Source: an uncultured Spirochaetota bacterium (GTDB lineage: Bacteria > Spirochaetota > Spirochaetia > SZUA-6 > Fen-1364). From it: 64,000 nt of DNA. Under the pieces are notes generated by a model that was not told the DNA's origin, did not search any database, and saw only the letters and a list, made by a program, of their open reading frames with translations. Positions 44,079 to 53,227 of this stretch are shown piece by piece (positions within the stretch are counted from its first letter, which is position 1; the number at the start of each line of letters is the position of its first letter). The position numbers were made by a program, and so were the translations under genes. The stretch is taken from the NCBI GenBank assembly GCA_963781885.1, contig CAWAHW010000004.1:1-64000 (forward strand). Direction: 5' to 3'.

Positions 44079-45521
44079 CTATTTGATGCCGAACTTCTTC
44101 TCCGCTTCGCCGAAGACCTTGTCGAAGATCGCGAGCACCCCGTCGAGCTCCGTACGCGCGATGTTCAGCGGCGGGATGAGCTGCAGGCGGTTGTGGTAGT
44201 AGCCACCCTTCTCGAAGACGAGTCCCTCCGCGACGCACCGCGCCAGGACGAATGCGCTCTCCTGCGCGGCAGGCTCCTTCGTCACGCGGTCCCGCACCAG
44301 CTCGAGCCCGGTGTAGATGCCCTTCATGTTGATGTGCCCGAGCAGGGGGTGGCGCTTCTGCAGCTCCTGGAGACCCTTCAGGAAGTACGCCCCCGTCTCG
44401 TTCACCTTCTGGAGAAATGCGGGGGAGGAGACGACGTCCAGGACGTAATTGCCCGCGGCGCAGGCAAGCGCATTTCCCGCCTGCGTGGAGACGTGGGCAC
44501 CCGGCCCCCATTCCTTCAGGATTTCCTCCCGCGCGATGACCGCGGAGATCGGCACCCCTCCCCCGAGAGCCTTGGAGGTGAGGATCATGTCCGGCTCGAT
44601 CTCCGAGTGCTCGAATGCCCAGAGCTTTCCCGTGCGGCCCAGACCCGTCTGTATTTCATCCACGATGAGGAGGATGCCGTGCTTGTCCGCGATCCTCCGC
44701 AGCTCCTGCAGGTATTCCTTGGGGGGGATGTAGTAGCCGGCGGAGCTCTGGAAAGGCTCCACAAGGATTGCCGCCACGTTGCAGATGCCGTTCATGCCGT
44801 CCGTGTACGGGGTTTCCTTGCTGTCCAGGAGCCGGTCCAGAGTGCGGATCTCCTCCATGCCGAAGCCGGGAAACTTGTCCGTCGGCAGGCGGTACTCGTG
44901 CGGGAACGGGAAGTGACCGACCGCCGTGTCGGGGAGCACGGGATAGAAGAACTCCTGGAGGCCACCCTTGCCCGTGAGCCCCATGGTGCCGTACGTCACG
45001 CCGTGATAGTCGCCGTACGCGCTGAGGATGTACGGCTGCCCCGTGTAGTAGCGCGCGGCACGCACCGCCAGCTCCGTCGCATCGGAGCCGGTGACGCCGA
45101 AGATGACCTTCGTCTTGCCGGAAATGCGCGAGTTCTTGCAGAGCTTCTCGGCAAGCTGGATGCGCTGGGGATGGGGGAGATCGAAATAGTGCGTGAGCTT
45201 CCCCGCCTGTTCCTGGATGATCCGCGTGATGTCTTCATTGCACTCGCCGAGTGACGACACAGAGAAGCCAGACAGCAGGTCCAGGTACTCCTTGCCGTCG
45301 ACGTCGTAGAGGTGGGCGCCCTTTGCCCGCTCGATGATCGGCGGCACGTCGAACAAGCCCCAGCCGATGCTCCCGAATGACTCGTACTGCTGCCACTTCC
45401 GCGCCCATTCCTTGCCTTTTGGGCCGAAGGGCGATTTCTCGATCCGCTGGGCGAGGATCTCATCCGTCACCTTCAGCTTTTTTCTCTGGTTGATCTGACT
45501 CTCACGCGCCTTGTTGGTCAT
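44079..45521 (-). CDS. Class III PLP aminotransferase (GabT/omega-transaminase-like)
   Basis: GAHLYDVDGKEYLD, TGSDATE, YHG, EPFQ, LIVDEIQTGLGRTG, SKALGGG. Confidence 0.93.
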   Translation of the reverse strand: MTNKARESQINQRKKLKVTDEILAQRIEKSPFGPKGKEWARKWQQYESFGSIGWGLFDVPPIIERAKGAHLYDVDGKEYLDLLSGFSVSSLGECNEDITRIIQEQAGKLTHYFDLPHPQRIQLAEKLCKNSRISGKTKVIFGVTGSDATELAVRAARYYTGQPYILSAYGDYHGVTYGTMGLTGKGGLQEFFYPVLPDTAVGHFPFPHEYRLPTDKFPGFGMEEIRTLDRLLDSKETPYTDGMNGICNVAAILVEPFQSSAGYYIPPKEYLQELRRIADKHGILLIVDEIQTGLGRTGKLWAFEHSEIEPDMILTSKALGGGVPISAVIAREEILKEWGPGAHVSTQAGNALACAAGNYVLDVVSSPAFLQKVNETGAYFLKGLQELQKRHPLLGHINMKGIYTGLELVRDRVTKEPAAQESAFVLARCVAEGLVFEKGGYYHNRLQLIPPLNIARTELDGVLAIFDKVFGEAEKKFGIK

Positions 45522-45571
45522 CGCACGCCTCCGTTGGTGAAATGTGTGTTCCGATCTCGGGCTTCAAATCT

Positions 45572-46729
45572 CTACAAGGCCATTCGGACGAACGCCGCGA
45601 TGCTCTCTTCGGTTATCTCGCGCGGATTGCCCGCCTGGAGATCCTTCGTGCGGTTCTTCAGAATGGCGAGGATGGAAGGCACGGCCTCCTTCGTGACGCC
45701 GAGGTCCGACAGCCGGGCAGGGATGCCGATGTCGTGCAGCAGGGAGCGCACGCGCAGCACCGCCTTTTTTGCCGCCTCGTCCGTGCCGAGCGTCGCCACG
45801 TTCTCCCCCAGGGCCTGGGCGATCCGCGCCAACCTCACCGCGCTCTCCGCGCGGTTGAACTCCATCGCGTAGGGGAGAAGCAGGGCGGCGGTCTCTCCGT
45901 GATGGGTCTTGAAAAGGGCGCCGACTGCTTCGCTCACGTGGTGTCCAATGACCACGTCCACGGCGCTGATGGCGATGCCGGCCAGGCTGCTCGCCCAGCC
46001 CATGGCCAGCCGGTGCTCCAGATTCCGTCCGTCCTGCGTGGCCGCACGCAGGTGCTCTCCGCAGAGCCGGATGGACTCCAAGGCCAGGAGATCGGAAAAG
46101 GGGGTGGCGCGCTTCGTGAGGTACGCCTCGATGCCCTGCGCCAGCACGTCCCCGCCTGCTTTTGCGGTCAGGTCCGGACGGGTCGTGCTCATGAGCTCCG
46201 CGTCGATGATGGCGACCAGTGGAATGATGTAGTCGCTTGCAAAGCCTTCCTTGAGGCGCGCCTTTTCATCGCTGATGACGGCGTACTTCGTGACCTCGCT
46301 GCCCGTGCCGGCCGTGGAAGGCACCCCGATCAGGGGAAGGACCGGCCCGGTGATTTCCTTGCCTCCCACGTAGTCCCAGATGTCGCCGCCGTGCCGCGCC
46401 AGGACCGCGATGCCTTTCGCCACGTCGAGGGCGCTTCCGCCGCCAAGCCCGATCACCAGGTCGATCTTGTCGGCACGCGCCAGCGCTCCCCCCTGGTTCA
46501 CGGTGTCGCGGGACGGGTTGGAATCCACCTTGTCGAAAAGCTCCACGGAGACCCCCGCCTGCTCGAGGGAGCGAGTGGCTTTTGCCGTGTAGCCCGCTTC
46601 CTTCATGCTCTTGCGCCCGGTAACGAGCAGTGCTTTTCTGCCAAGCCTTCTTGCCTGATCGCCAAGGAGTTGCAGTGCCTTTTCGCCGGCGAGAATCCGG
46701 GTGGGTGAATACGATTCAAATCCAAGCAT
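45572..46729 (-). CDS. Iron-containing (group III) alcohol dehydrogenase family protein
   Basis: GGGSALDVAK, PSTAGTGSEVT, GHHVSE, HHGE. One usual metal-ligand His appears as Gln (DVLAQGIE). Confidence 0.88.
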   Translation of the reverse strand: MLGFESYSPTRILAGEKALQLLGDQARRLGRKALLVTGRKSMKEAGYTAKATRSLEQAGVSVELFDKVDSNPSRDTVNQGGALARADKIDLVIGLGGGSALDVAKGIAVLARHGGDIWDYVGGKEITGPVLPLIGVPSTAGTGSEVTKYAVISDEKARLKEGFASDYIIPLVAIIDAELMSTTRPDLTAKAGGDVLAQGIEAYLTKRATPFSDLLALESIRLCGEHLRAATQDGRNLEHRLAMGWASSLAGIAISAVDVVIGHHVSEAVGALFKTHHGETAALLLPYAMEFNRAESAVRLARIAQALGENVATLGTDEAAKKAVLRVRSLLHDIGIPARLSDLGVTKEAVPSILAILKNRTKDLQAGNPREITEESIAAFVRMAL

Positions 46730-46754
46730 TGCAGCCTCCATAACAATCTGGATG

Positions 46755-46933
46755 AACGATAACGATAAACGAAATCGTTATCGTTAATTGACACACTCTA
46801 AACATGTCCGGTCCAATCTGTCAAGAAAAATATTAAAAAATATCAGTTTTGCTTTGTTAATTTTCGCTTAAGTCTGCATGTTGACAAATGTGAAAGTTTC
46901 CTATAGCATACTTTAACGATATCGGAAATCGTA
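46755..46933. promoter_or_regulatory. Divergent sigma70 promoters, each followed by an AACGAT-N7-ATCGT(T/A) operator
   Basis: Minus strand TTGACA(46824-46819)-N18-TAGAGT; plus strand TTGACA(46881)-N17-TAGCAT. Operators at 46755-46785 (12-bp perfect arms) and 46915-46933. Confidence 0.75.
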
Positions 46934-46958
46934 AAAGCGAGAGACAAAGGGAGGCGAA

Positions 46959-47708
46959 ATGCGGGAATCCTACTATTCTGCGGCGGAGCTGCAAGTACTG
47001 CGCGCGCTGAGCGTTCCAACGCTTGCAAACGCCCTGGAAACATTCAAGGTGACGAATCCAAACGACGGCTGCTGCGATTCCTCGATTCTCTGCCGTTTTC
47101 CCGCGCTCCCGATCATGGTGGGATACGCGGTGACGTCGAAAGTCACTACCGACCAGCCCATGGGCAAAGCCATGCGCGGCATCGACGAACACGCGTACTG
47201 GGACTTTGTCGCGGGGCTGCCGGGCCCGAAGATCGCTGTCTGCCGGGACGTGGACACGCCGGTTCACGGGGCAATGTGGGGAGAGTTCAACTCGAATGTG
47301 CACAAGGCCCTGGGATGCGAAGGGGCGATCGTGGACGGAGCCGTGCGCGATCTGGACGGCGTTGAAAAGCTCGGCTTCCGGTTCTTCTCGCGCCACGTGC
47401 ATCCCTCCCACGGCAACGGGCTTTTCATCGACTATGGCGGGTCCGTCCGCATCGGGGGCCTGGAAATCGCGACCGGCGACCTTCTCGTCGCGGACCAGCA
47501 TGGCATTATGCGCATTCCCGAATCGGTGCCCCTCAAGGAGCTCGCGGAGACGGCGCGGGAAATCGACAGGCTGGAAAGCGAGGTCTTCGCGCTGTGCAAG
47601 TCTCCTTCATTCTCCGTGAACGACCTGAAGGCGCTCGACGCGAGCGTCATGAAGCGCTGGCCGGATCCGTTGCGCGGAAGGGCCCCGCAGGGGCAGCGGC
47701 ACCATTGA
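46959..47708 (+). CDS. RraA/HMG-aldolase family protein
   Basis: AMWGEF, GAIVDGAVRD, GDLLVADQHG; SD GGAGG. Confidence 0.88.
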   Translation: MRESYYSAAELQVLRALSVPTLANALETFKVTNPNDGCCDSSILCRFPALPIMVGYAVTSKVTTDQPMGKAMRGIDEHAYWDFVAGLPGPKIAVCRDVDTPVHGAMWGEFNSNVHKALGCEGAIVDGAVRDLDGVEKLGFRFFSRHVHPSHGNGLFIDYGGSVRIGGLEIATGDLLVADQHGIMRIPESVPLKELAETAREIDRLESEVFALCKSPSFSVNDLKALDASVMKRWPDPLRGRAPQGQRHH

Positions 47709-47754
47709 TCGCCGTGCTATCATCGACCCTCATGCATGGCAGGGAGCGGACCTG

Positions 47755-48765
47755 ATGGGCGTCACGCTCAAGGAAATCGCGAAGATGGCGGGGGTCTCCG
47801 CCACCACTGTCTCCCGTGTGCTGAATGGAAAGGCGCCCGGCAACATGAGCCGGGAGACCCTGGAAAAAGTCACCCGCATCGTGGAGCTCACCGGCTATGC
47901 GCCGAATCCCGTTGCAAGCTCCCTGCGCAGCGGCTCCAGCAAGGTGATCGGAATCGTCCTGCCCAGCAGCACGAACCCGTACTACGCCCAGCTGGGCTCC
48001 TTCATCGAGAACGAGGCCTACAACAACGAGCACCTCATCTTCGTCTGCAACTCCAACTCCGACGTCGCGCGGGAGCGCCGCTATATCGAGGCGCTGAAGA
48101 ACCACCGGGTGTCGGGCATCCTCCTCTGCAGCACGGGTCTCACCAGCCAGGAGATCCAGGGCCTGCGGGAGGAGAACGCGCGCTGCGTGCTGCTGGACGA
48201 GGAAGTAAAGGACTACCAGGGCGACATCGTCGTGGGCGACGACTGGAGCGGCGGCCGCATGGGCGCGGAGTACCTCTACGGTCTGGGCCACCGGGAGATA
48301 CTCGTCATCCTGGGACCCGAGCAGCTCAGCTCCACGAAGAACAGGCTGGCCGGTTTCCTCTCCTTCTTCGCGTCGATCCCCGATGCCAAGAACACGATCA
48401 CGAATGGGGACTTCACCATCCAGTCAGGGTACGTCGCCGTGAGCGAGAAGCTTCGCCGCGCGCCGTTCACCGCGGTCTTTTCCTTCAACGACCTGATGGC
48501 CATCGGCGCCATCCACGCGCTGCAGACCAGCGGCGCGCGCGTCCCTGCCGACGTCTCCGTAATGGGCTACGACAACATTTTCATCGATCCTTACGTCTCG
48601 CCCGGGATTACGACCGTTTCCACCCCCCTGGACGAGCTGGCACGCACCGCCGTGGCCGCGGTCATTCACAACCCCTCGCAGCCCGCCGTCGCCCTGGGAA
48701 GGCGGACCATACTCCCGCGGATCATCGAGCGGGAATCCTGCGGACAGGCTGCCCGCGGGACCTGA
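47755..48765 (+). CDS. LacI family transcriptional regulator
   Basis: TLKEIAKMAGVSATTVSRVLN, YAPNPVA, FNDLMAIG, VSVMGYDN. Confidence 0.95.
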   Translation: MGVTLKEIAKMAGVSATTVSRVLNGKAPGNMSRETLEKVTRIVELTGYAPNPVASSLRSGSSKVIGIVLPSSTNPYYAQLGSFIENEAYNNEHLIFVCNSNSDVARERRYIEALKNHRVSGILLCSTGLTSQEIQGLREENARCVLLDEEVKDYQGDIVVGDDWSGGRMGAEYLYGLGHREILVILGPEQLSSTKNRLAGFLSFFASIPDAKNTITNGDFTIQSGYVAVSEKLRRAPFTAVFSFNDLMAIGAIHALQTSGARVPADVSVMGYDNIFIDPYVSPGITTVSTPLDELARTAVAAVIHNPSQPAVALGRRTILPRIIERESCGQAARGT

Positions 48766-48786
48766 CCCCGCGCGCGCGGAGAATCG

Positions 48787-49029
48787 CTACACCCTGCCCT
48801 TCCAGGCCGGCAGCCGGGTCATCATGTCCCTTGCGGAAGCCTTGGCCGCGTGCTCTTCGAAACCCTGCGTTTTCATGATGAAGGCCGCCAGGGACGCGAG
48901 CTTTTCATCGTAGGACTGCATGCTCCCATCCGTCCGCGCACAATGGACGCAATAGTCCCTCGTCACGTCCCCCGCGGCAAAATGTTCCGGCTTGGTCATG
49001 GGCATGCCGCATGAAATGCAGTCCTTCAT
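48787..49029 (-). CDS. Small zinc-ribbon protein (Zn_ribbon_2-like)
   Basis: CISCGMPM...YCVHC...LPAWK; SD GGAGG. Confidence 0.8.
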   Translation of the reverse strand: MKDCISCGMPMTKPEHFAAGDVTRDYCVHCARTDGSMQSYDEKLASLAAFIMKTQGFEEHAAKASARDMMTRLPAWKGRV

Positions 49030-49052
49030 CGGTTCCTCCTGCTCCCTTTCTG

Positions 49053-49415
49053 TCATTCGACCGCAGCCGTCGGCCGGGCCGAATAGTCCGTGATGCCCAG
49101 CCTGTTTCCGAACGGGTCGTCGAACTCGGCGGCGAGTCCCGTTGCAATCTGGAATGGCGCGGTGACGAACCGGACGCCGCGGGCCTCCAATCTGGCGAAC
49201 TCCTCCCGGACGTCATCCACGGTGAACCATATGGCAGGACGGGAGTCCGGCCGCGCGGTAAGAATGATGGCCGGTTCCTGCGTGCCGACCCTGAAGCCGG
49301 TCATGCCCTTTGACGAGAAATCGAACTTCACATCGAGGCCGAGCACACCCTGATAGAACTCCTTGCCGCGTAACAGGTCGTCTGCCGGAAGAAAGAAATT
49401 GTCATAGTCCTTCAT
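49053..49415 (-). CDS. VOC/glyoxalase family protein
   Basis: FYQGVLGL, FTVDDV, FDDPFGNRLG. Confidence 0.88.
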   Translation of the reverse strand: MKDYDNFFLPADDLLRGKEFYQGVLGLDVKFDFSSKGMTGFRVGTQEPAIILTARPDSRPAIWFTVDDVREEFARLEARGVRFVTAPFQIATGLAAEFDDPFGNRLGITDYSARPTAAVE

Positions 49416-49419
49416 CGTT

Positions 49420-50031
49420 TCACCCCTTTTTCTCCGCCAGCGCGGAAATGAGACCATAAAAGTGCTCCACCAATGCCGGGCCATGCCGCTTCAGCACGGA
49501 CTGGCCAGGCGCCGCGAACGAGTCGGCGTGGGAGACGTAATGATGGACCAGACCGATCCAGGTGTTGAAAAGCAGGTGAAAAGGCATGTCCCGAATCACT
49601 CCCGCGGCGGATTCACGCTCGACCGCCTGGCTGAGGTGAAAGGAAATGGCGGACTGGATCATGACGACGGCGCTTTTCGCACGCGGGCTGAGCACCGACT
49701 CCTCCATCACAAGCCGCGCGTACAGAGGCTCGAACTCCGCCAGCCCCTGCACGTGGGCTTCCAGCAGCTCCTTCACGCCGGCGCCGGATTCGGAAAGCTC
49801 GTGGATGCGGCGCGCGACACGGGTGCCAAGCTCGTCGACAACCGCCTCCAGGAGATCCTCGCGCGAGGGAAAGTGGACGAAGACCGCCCCGTGCGAGACG
49901 CCGGCCTCGACGGCGATGTCGGAGGTGCGGGCGGCCGCCAGCCCGTCGCGCGCAAAACGGTCGAATGCCGCGTTCATGAGGAGATGCCGGGTCCGGCTTT
50001 TTCTCTTTGATCGAATGCTCTCAGTAATCAT
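49420..50031 (-). CDS. TetR/AcrR family regulator
   Basis: IAVEAGVSHGAVFVHFPSREDL. Confidence 0.92.
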   Translation of the reverse strand: MITESIRSKRKSRTRHLLMNAAFDRFARDGLAAARTSDIAVEAGVSHGAVFVHFPSREDLLEAVVDELGTRVARRIHELSESGAGVKELLEAHVQGLAEFEPLYARLVMEESVLSPRAKSAVVMIQSAISFHLSQAVERESAAGVIRDMPFHLLFNTWIGLVHHYVSHADSFAAPGQSVLKRHGPALVEHFYGLISALAEKKG

Positions 50032-50040
50032 ACTGACTCC

Positions 50041-50090
50041 AAACTCACTGAGTTTATACTCAGTTTATAGCAACAAAGACTGACTGTCAA
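50041..50090 (-). promoter_or_regulatory. tetR promoter with overlapping palindromic operators
   Basis: Minus strand TTGACA-N17-TAAACT; palindromes AAACTCA-C-TGAGTTT (50041-50055) and ACTGAGT-TTAT-ACTCAGT (50047-50064). Confidence 0.7.
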
Positions 50091-50135
50091 GCGCTTTTTC
50101 TGACGCGGACTCGGGGCGCCGCCTGAAACTAGGTA

Positions 50136-53100
50136 TCAGTAAAAATCGTGGCTCGCTCCCGTGAACGTTCCCGATGTCGTGGCCAGATCGGGCTTCCAGA
50201 ACGAATCGGCCACGACGTGGACAACCCCCTCGGACACCTGGAGACGCCCCGTCACGCCGAGCAGCCAATTGGTGAGGATGACGGTCCTGAATTTCTGGAA
50301 GACCTTGCTCCACACGACGAGATTCGCAAACCCTGTCTCGTCCTCCAGCGTCATGAAAAGCACGCCAGATGCCGTGCCCGGCATCTGGCGGCAGATCGCG
50401 GACCCCACGAAGGAAACCCTTTCACCGTTCTTCATTCGGGAAACGGCTGCCGCATCAGGAAGTCCTTCGCTGTCGAGCCGGCCGCGGAACTGCTCCATGA
50501 CATGCCCACGGGGGCTCTGATCGGAGGCGTTGTAGTCCCATGACACCTCCTCAGAGGGGGTCAGGCGGCGCAACGCGGGGAGGCTTTCCTCGGGCTCGAT
50601 GAGGATGGCCTCCGGGGGTCGATGCGGGTCGAGCACGCTCCAGAGGGCTTCACGGCGATGATTGCCGAAGCCGTCAAATGCTCCCACGGCCGCCAACCGC
50701 TCCAGGGAATCGCTGGGGAGCCGACACCGCGCCGTAAACTCCGCGAGCGATGCAGGGTGGCCTGTTTCGCGGAGCTCACGGATCTTTTCCCAATCGGCCT
50801 TGCGGAAGCCTTTGACGTAGCGCAACCCGATGCGGACGGCATGGCCGGATGCGGGATCCTCCTCCAAAAGGCATTCCCAGTCGCTTGCAAGCACGTCAAT
50901 GGGCAGGAACCTCACCCCGTGCCGTTTCGCGTCGTCGATGACCGTTGCCGGCGAATAGAAGCCAAAGGGCCACGCGTTCAGCAGGGCGCAGGCAAAAACC
51001 GCGGGGTAGTGCTGCTTCACGTAAGCCGTTGCATAGGCAATGAGGGCAAAGCTCGCCGCGTGGGATTCCGGGAACCCGTATTCACCGAACCCGCGGATCT
51101 GTGCAAAAACCCTTTCTGCAAACTCGGCTTCTATTCCCTTCGCCACCATGCGGGAAACCAGCCTCTCATGGTGCTGATCGATGCGGCCCTGCTGTCTCCA
51201 GGCTGCCATGTCGCGACGAAGCTGGTCCGCCTCACCCGGCGTGTAGTCGGCTGCAACCACCGCGAGCTTCATCACCTGCTCCTGAAAAAGGGGAATGCCG
51301 AGGGTCTTGCCGAGCACGGGCTCGAGGCTTGGATGCGGGTACGTCACTTTCTCTTCTCCCGCGCGTCGGCGCAGGTACGGATGGACCATGCCGCCCGTGA
51401 TGGGACCGGGACGGACGAGGCTTATCTCGATCACCAGGTCGTAGTAGCTCCGCGGCTTCAGACGCGGCAGCATGGCCATTTGCGCGCGGCTTTCAATCTG
51501 GAAGACTCCCACGGTGTCCGCCCGGCAGATCTGGGAAAAAACCTCCGCGTCATCCGGCGGTATAGTTGCCATGGAAAGGGACACGCCGCAATGCTTCTCC
51601 AACAAGCGGAAGGAATAATCCAGATGAGTGAGCGCGCCCAGACCGAGCAAGTCGACCTTGAAGAGATTCAGCGCTTCGATGTCGGTCTTGTCCCATTGGA
51701 TGACGGTACGGTCCGGCATGGTGGCGTTTTCAATGGGCACGATGGTGTCCACGGGTTCGCTGCCCAGGAGGAAGCCTCCCGGGTGTATCGACAGATGACG
51801 GGGAAAGCCGACGATCTCCCGGGACAATTCGAGCACGTTCCTGTTGACGGGTGCATCCATGTCCAAGCCCGCCGCCGCGAGAAGGGCATCCTTGCCTCCT
51901 TCCCAGTGAGCCATCAGCTTCGCGCAGCGGTCCAGGGCGATCTCCGGTACGCCGAAGGCCTTGCCCACTTCCCGGACGGCCGACCGTGACCGGTAGCGCA
52001 CCACGTTTGCGACCATGGCTGCCTTGTCGCGTCCGTATGTGGCGTACATGTGCTGGATGACCTCTTCCCGTCGATTATGCTCGATGTCCAGGTCGATGTC
52101 GGGCGGCTCTGCCCTTTCGCGGGAAAGGAAACGCTCGAACAGGAGATTCATTTTGACCGGATCAATTGCCGTGACGCCCAGGCAAAAGCAGACGGCGGAG
52201 TTGGCGGCGGATCCGCGTCCCTGGCAGAGTATGCCCTGCTCTGCACAATAGCGGACGATTTCCCTCATCGTGAGGAAGTATCCGCAATAGCGCAGCTCCT
52301 CGATGAGCGCAAGCTCTTTCTCGAGCTGTTTGCTCACGATCTCGGGGACTTCCCCTCCGTAACGTCCCTTCGCGCCTTCAAAGGTCAGCGTGCGCAGCCA
52401 CTCCGCCGTGGTGAGGCCATCCGGCACGGACTCATCAGGATAGCGGTACTCAAGCTCGGCGAGCGAGAAAAGGCATCGGTCCGCGACTTCCCGGGTCCGC
52501 TGGATGAGCTCAGGCGAGTCGCGATACAGGGCTGCAAACTCCACGGGAGCGCAGAGGGCATGCTCCGCATTCGGATGTAGCCTTGTTCCGGCCTCCCGCA
52601 GCGTGCACCCATGCCTGATGCATGTCAGGACGTCCTGGAGCTTCCGGCGGTCGGGGTGGTGGTATAGCACCTCGGTGACCGCGACAAGAGGCATGCCGAG
52701 ACGGGCCGCGGCTCCTCTGGTGGCGCGTTCGCGCGCGACGTCATCAACCCACCGATGACGGCAGATCGCCGCAAAAAGGCGGTCCCCGAATGCTTCGTGG
52801 AGGGAGCCGGGGCCGCGCGCGTCCGGGGCACCGGGGATGCGGTCATTGATCCACACGGCACAGAGGCCGGATGAATGCGCGCAGACTTCATCCCATGACA
52901 CCGAAAACCGACCCTTGACGCCGCGGAGATGACCCCGCGAGAGGAGATGGCACAGGTTGCCGTAGCCGCCCCTGTTTTCAGAAAGGAGGAGGATTGAGGC
53001 GCCGTCGTCGATCGACACCTGGGCGCCGACGATCAGCCGTATCCCCGTTTCGCGCGCGGCCTCGAATGCCCGGACGATGCCATAGAGGCCATTGCGGTCC

Positions 53101-53219
53101 GTGACGGCGACAGCCGGCAGGCCGTACCCGGCCGCCGTGCCGACAAGCTCGTGCGGATGACTGGCGCCTTCCAGGAAGGAAAAGTTGCTCTTGCAGCAGA
53201 GGGGAACGTATGTCGGCAC
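50136..53219 (-). CDS. dnaE2: Error-prone DNA polymerase DnaE2 (ImuC)
   Basis: SNFSFLEGASHP, GRGSAANS, PPDIDLD, FQIESRAQM, GFPESHAASF, C-terminal SHDFY. Probable GTG start at 53219. Confidence 0.95.
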   Translation of the reverse strand: MPTYVPLCCKSNFSFLEGASHPHELVGTAAGYGLPAVAVTDRNGLYGIVRAFEAARETGIRLIVGAQVSIDDGASILLLSENRGGYGNLCHLLSRGHLRGVKGRFSVSWDEVCAHSSGLCAVWINDRIPGAPDARGPGSLHEAFGDRLFAAICRHRWVDDVARERATRGAAARLGMPLVAVTEVLYHHPDRRKLQDVLTCIRHGCTLREAGTRLHPNAEHALCAPVEFAALYRDSPELIQRTREVADRCLFSLAELEYRYPDESVPDGLTTAEWLRTLTFEGAKGRYGGEVPEIVSKQLEKELALIEELRYCGYFLTMREIVRYCAEQGILCQGRGSAANSAVCFCLGVTAIDPVKMNLLFERFLSRERAEPPDIDLDIEHNRREEVIQHMYATYGRDKAAMVANVVRYRSRSAVREVGKAFGVPEIALDRCAKLMAHWEGGKDALLAAAGLDMDAPVNRNVLELSREIVGFPRHLSIHPGGFLLGSEPVDTIVPIENATMPDRTVIQWDKTDIEALNLFKVDLLGLGALTHLDYSFRLLEKHCGVSLSMATIPPDDAEVFSQICRADTVGVFQIESRAQMAMLPRLKPRSYYDLVIEISLVRPGPITGGMVHPYLRRRAGEEKVTYPHPSLEPVLGKTLGIPLFQEQVMKLAVVAADYTPGEADQLRRDMAAWRQQGRIDQHHERLVSRMVAKGIEAEFAERVFAQIRGFGEYGFPESHAASFALIAYATAYVKQHYPAVFACALLNAWPFGFYSPATVIDDAKRHGVRFLPIDVLASDWECLLEEDPASGHAVRIGLRYVKGFRKADWEKIRELRETGHPASLAEFTARCRLPSDSLERLAAVGAFDGFGNHRREALWSVLDPHRPPEAILIEPEESLPALRRLTPSEEVSWDYNASDQSPRGHVMEQFRGRLDSEGLPDAAAVSRMKNGERVSFVGSAICRQMPGTASGVLFMTLEDETGFANLVVWSKVFQKFRTVILTNWLLGVTGRLQVSEGVVHVVADSFWKPDLATTSGTFTGASHDFY

Positions 53220-53227
53220 GGCTTCAG

